DNA from: Saccharolobus islandicus REY15A
GTDB taxonomy: Archaea > Thermoproteota > Thermoprotei_A > Sulfolobales > Sulfolobaceae
DNA: 64,000 nt
Strand: one strand, 5' to 3'
NCBI RefSeq assembly: GCF_000189555.1
Contig: NC_017276.1
Of the stretch, positions 62,347-64,000 are shown piece after piece. The notes beneath the pieces are model-generated. The model did not search any database. It had not been told where the DNA came from and saw nothing but the letters and a program-made list of their open reading frames with translations. Position 1 is the stretch's first letter. Each line of letters begins with the position of its first letter. Made by a program: the position numbers and the translations under genes.

Positions 62347-62391
62347 ATAGCTAAAATCGAGAACTGAATTAAAAAACCTAAAGCTTATAGA

Positions 62392-62604
62392 TTAGGTTTC
62401 AACGAGACTCTTATAACTATTAAGCAAATACCTAGCCAAGTATAGGGCGTCAGTATCTAAATAACCAGCTAGTCTGACCAAGGTTATGTCTGGATTTTGT
62501 CTGATTATTTCAATTATTTTTCTTAACTTATAAGGTAAGATATCTTCATCATTTGTTGTTAAAGCCCATTCCTTAAACCTTGTCCAAAATTTTGAATAGT
62601 TCAC
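62392..62604 (-). CDS. Small hypothetical protein
   Basis: 70 aa, GTG start, HTH-like segment ITLVRLAGYL. Confidence 0.6.
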   Translation of the reverse strand: MNYSKFWTRFKEWALTTNDEDILPYKLRKIIEIIRQNPDITLVRLAGYLDTDALYLARYLLNSYKSLVET

Positions 62605-62684
62605 AACATGTTAGTTTATTAGGATACTTTTTAAGCAAAAGTGCCTAATGACATCTTTTTATGCTTTTTTGCAAAAATGTTAAT

Positions 62685-63596
62685 ATGAAAATCTTAACAT
62701 TTGGCGGTACCGGATTCGTAGGTAGCAATTTCGTAAGATACGCATTGAGTAAGGGGCATGATGTACTAGTTTACGCTAGGAATATGAACGATTACGCAAA
62801 AGCCTTACAAAACGCTGGTGCAAATATAATTTTCTCTTATGACGATCATTTGAAAGACGTTGATTGTTTAGTCTATTTTATAGGCGCGATGTGGACTAAA
62901 GATCCTAAAGAATTTCAATACTTACAAGTTAAATTTCCTACTGAAATAGGAAGGAAGTTCTTTCAAGTTAATTCAGGTAAGTTCGTATATATAAGCAGTA
63001 TAGGAGTGTCTGAAAATATCGACAGTAAAGAAAGACCTATCCTTGAGGAGAGTCCCCATGGAGAAGGTTTAAAGCCAAATACACTTCATGGAATTACGAA
63101 GCTTGAAGGGGAAAAGAGTATATCGCAATTCCCCAATTATGTAATACTTCGGTTTCCAATAATCTACGGTCCATATAGTAGAATCCTTATGTGGAGGATT
63201 TTCATGTGGTTGACTTCTCATGGTATTGGCATAAAAAATGATAATATGTTTAGCGTAGTCTCAACTAGAAATGCGTCTAAGGCAATAGAATTAGCTTGTA
63301 AATATAAGAGTAACGATTATTTTTACATAACCGATAAGGAACCCGTTAACTTAACAAGTCTTTTCTCCGATACAGCAAAAGCCATAAATAGAGAAATAAA
63401 GTCTTGGTTCCCATTTAGCGTAAAACTCATAGAGCCTTTCAAGTCTTCACATGAGATGTTAAAAATGGCCTATGACGTTCTTTCTAGGGAGTTAGTGTAT
63501 TCCTATAAGAAGGCCGAAAGGGAATTGGGTTACATTCCAGAGGACGTAAGGGTTGAGACGTTTAAGGAAATGGCAAGATACTATAAGATTATATGA
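62685..63596 (+). CDS. NAD-dependent epimerase/dehydratase (extended SDR)
   Basis: GGTGFVG, YISS, H(Y)GITK, LRFPIIYGP. Start ATG 62685 or 62661. Confidence 0.87.
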   Translation: MKILTFGGTGFVGSNFVRYALSKGHDVLVYARNMNDYAKALQNAGANIIFSYDDHLKDVDCLVYFIGAMWTKDPKEFQYLQVKFPTEIGRKFFQVNSGKFVYISSIGVSENIDSKERPILEESPHGEGLKPNTLHGITKLEGEKSISQFPNYVILRFPIIYGPYSRILMWRIFMWLTSHGIGIKNDNMFSVVSTRNASKAIELACKYKSNDYFYITDKEPVNLTSLFSDTAKAINREIKSWFPFSVKLIEPFKSSHEMLKMAYDVLSRELVYSYKKAERELGYIPEDVRVETFKEMARYYKII

Positions 63597-63620
63597 ACGT
63601 TTAGGATTAACCTTTTTACT

Positions 63621-64000
63621 ATGCAAGTTATTAAAATTCTTATGATAATGTGCACTGTTGTAGATGATTCAAATAGATTGGACTTATTCTCCAGAGGGAA
63701 ATTCGTAGTATTATTTGACAGTAAAAATAGGGAGATTCTATTTAAAGAGGAGAATCCAGCCCTAAACTCCTCAACGAAAAGGCCATTAGTTGCTAAGGAG
63801 TGTGTAAGGTTAAGAGCCGAAATGGTAATTGCTGCGCATGGTTCTCTTTGCTATCCATCCTATTCAATTTTAAGGAAAGCTAATATCAAAATGTTGGTAG
63901 GAAATATTGGAGATAGCATATACACAGAAAACCTTCGCGCAGTAAGTAAGTGGGAAGTTACCTACTCTAGCTTCCTAGCAATTAAGGAAAGATTATTCGG
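63621..64000 (+). CDS. NifB/NifX-family (FeMo-cofactor-binding-like) protein, partial at the right edge
   Basis: Open frame MQVIKILMIMCTVVDD...LFSRGK...ENPA...AHGSLCYPSY not in the ORF track because no stop is reached. Confidence 0.65.
   Translation, partial: MQVIKILMIMCTVVDDSNRLDLFSRGKFVVLFDSKNREILFKEENPALNSSTKRPLVAKECVRLRAEMVIAAHGSLCYPSYSILRKANIKMLVGNIGDSIYTENLRAVSKWEVTYSSFLAIKERLF

Overview
AT-rich archaeal chromosome segment from a Sulfolobales organism, most likely Saccharolobus (S. islandicus/S. shibatae/S. solfataricus-like, judged from lacS, xylS, the thermosome gamma subunit and Sulfolobus-type IS elements). About 1-47 kb is the carbohydrate-utilisation region: GH2, GH3 (xarS-type), GH78, GH31 (xylS), GH1 (lacS), GH5 and GH38 hydrolases, two paralogous MFS permeases, four Gfo/Idh/MocA dehydrogenases, an aldo-keto reductase, an amidohydrolase, a xylose-isomerase-like TIM barrel, a DHDPS-like aldolase, an ABC exporter fused to DUF1854, and glucose dehydrogenase. 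It is interrupted by two IS nests (10-13.6 kb, enclosing a vapBC pair; 43.7-45.7 kb) and several decayed genes. From 47 kb onward: a processive GT2 synthase, thermosome gamma, an enolase-superfamily dehydratase, 3-hydroxyacyl-CoA dehydrogenase, NRAMP, mevalonate-pathway genes, regulators and membrane proteins. No rRNA, tRNA or CRISPR array was seen. The most notable unexplained signals are a G-quadruplex motif clamped inside a perfect 11-bp stem with its own TATA box (36408-36480), a 10-mer repeated upstream of several glycosidase genes, a possible archaeal keto-glycoside (redox/elimination) pathway, and IS1-family elements inserted at the terminal repeat of an IS6-family element. All family assignments come from motif recognition by eye; no database searches were run.
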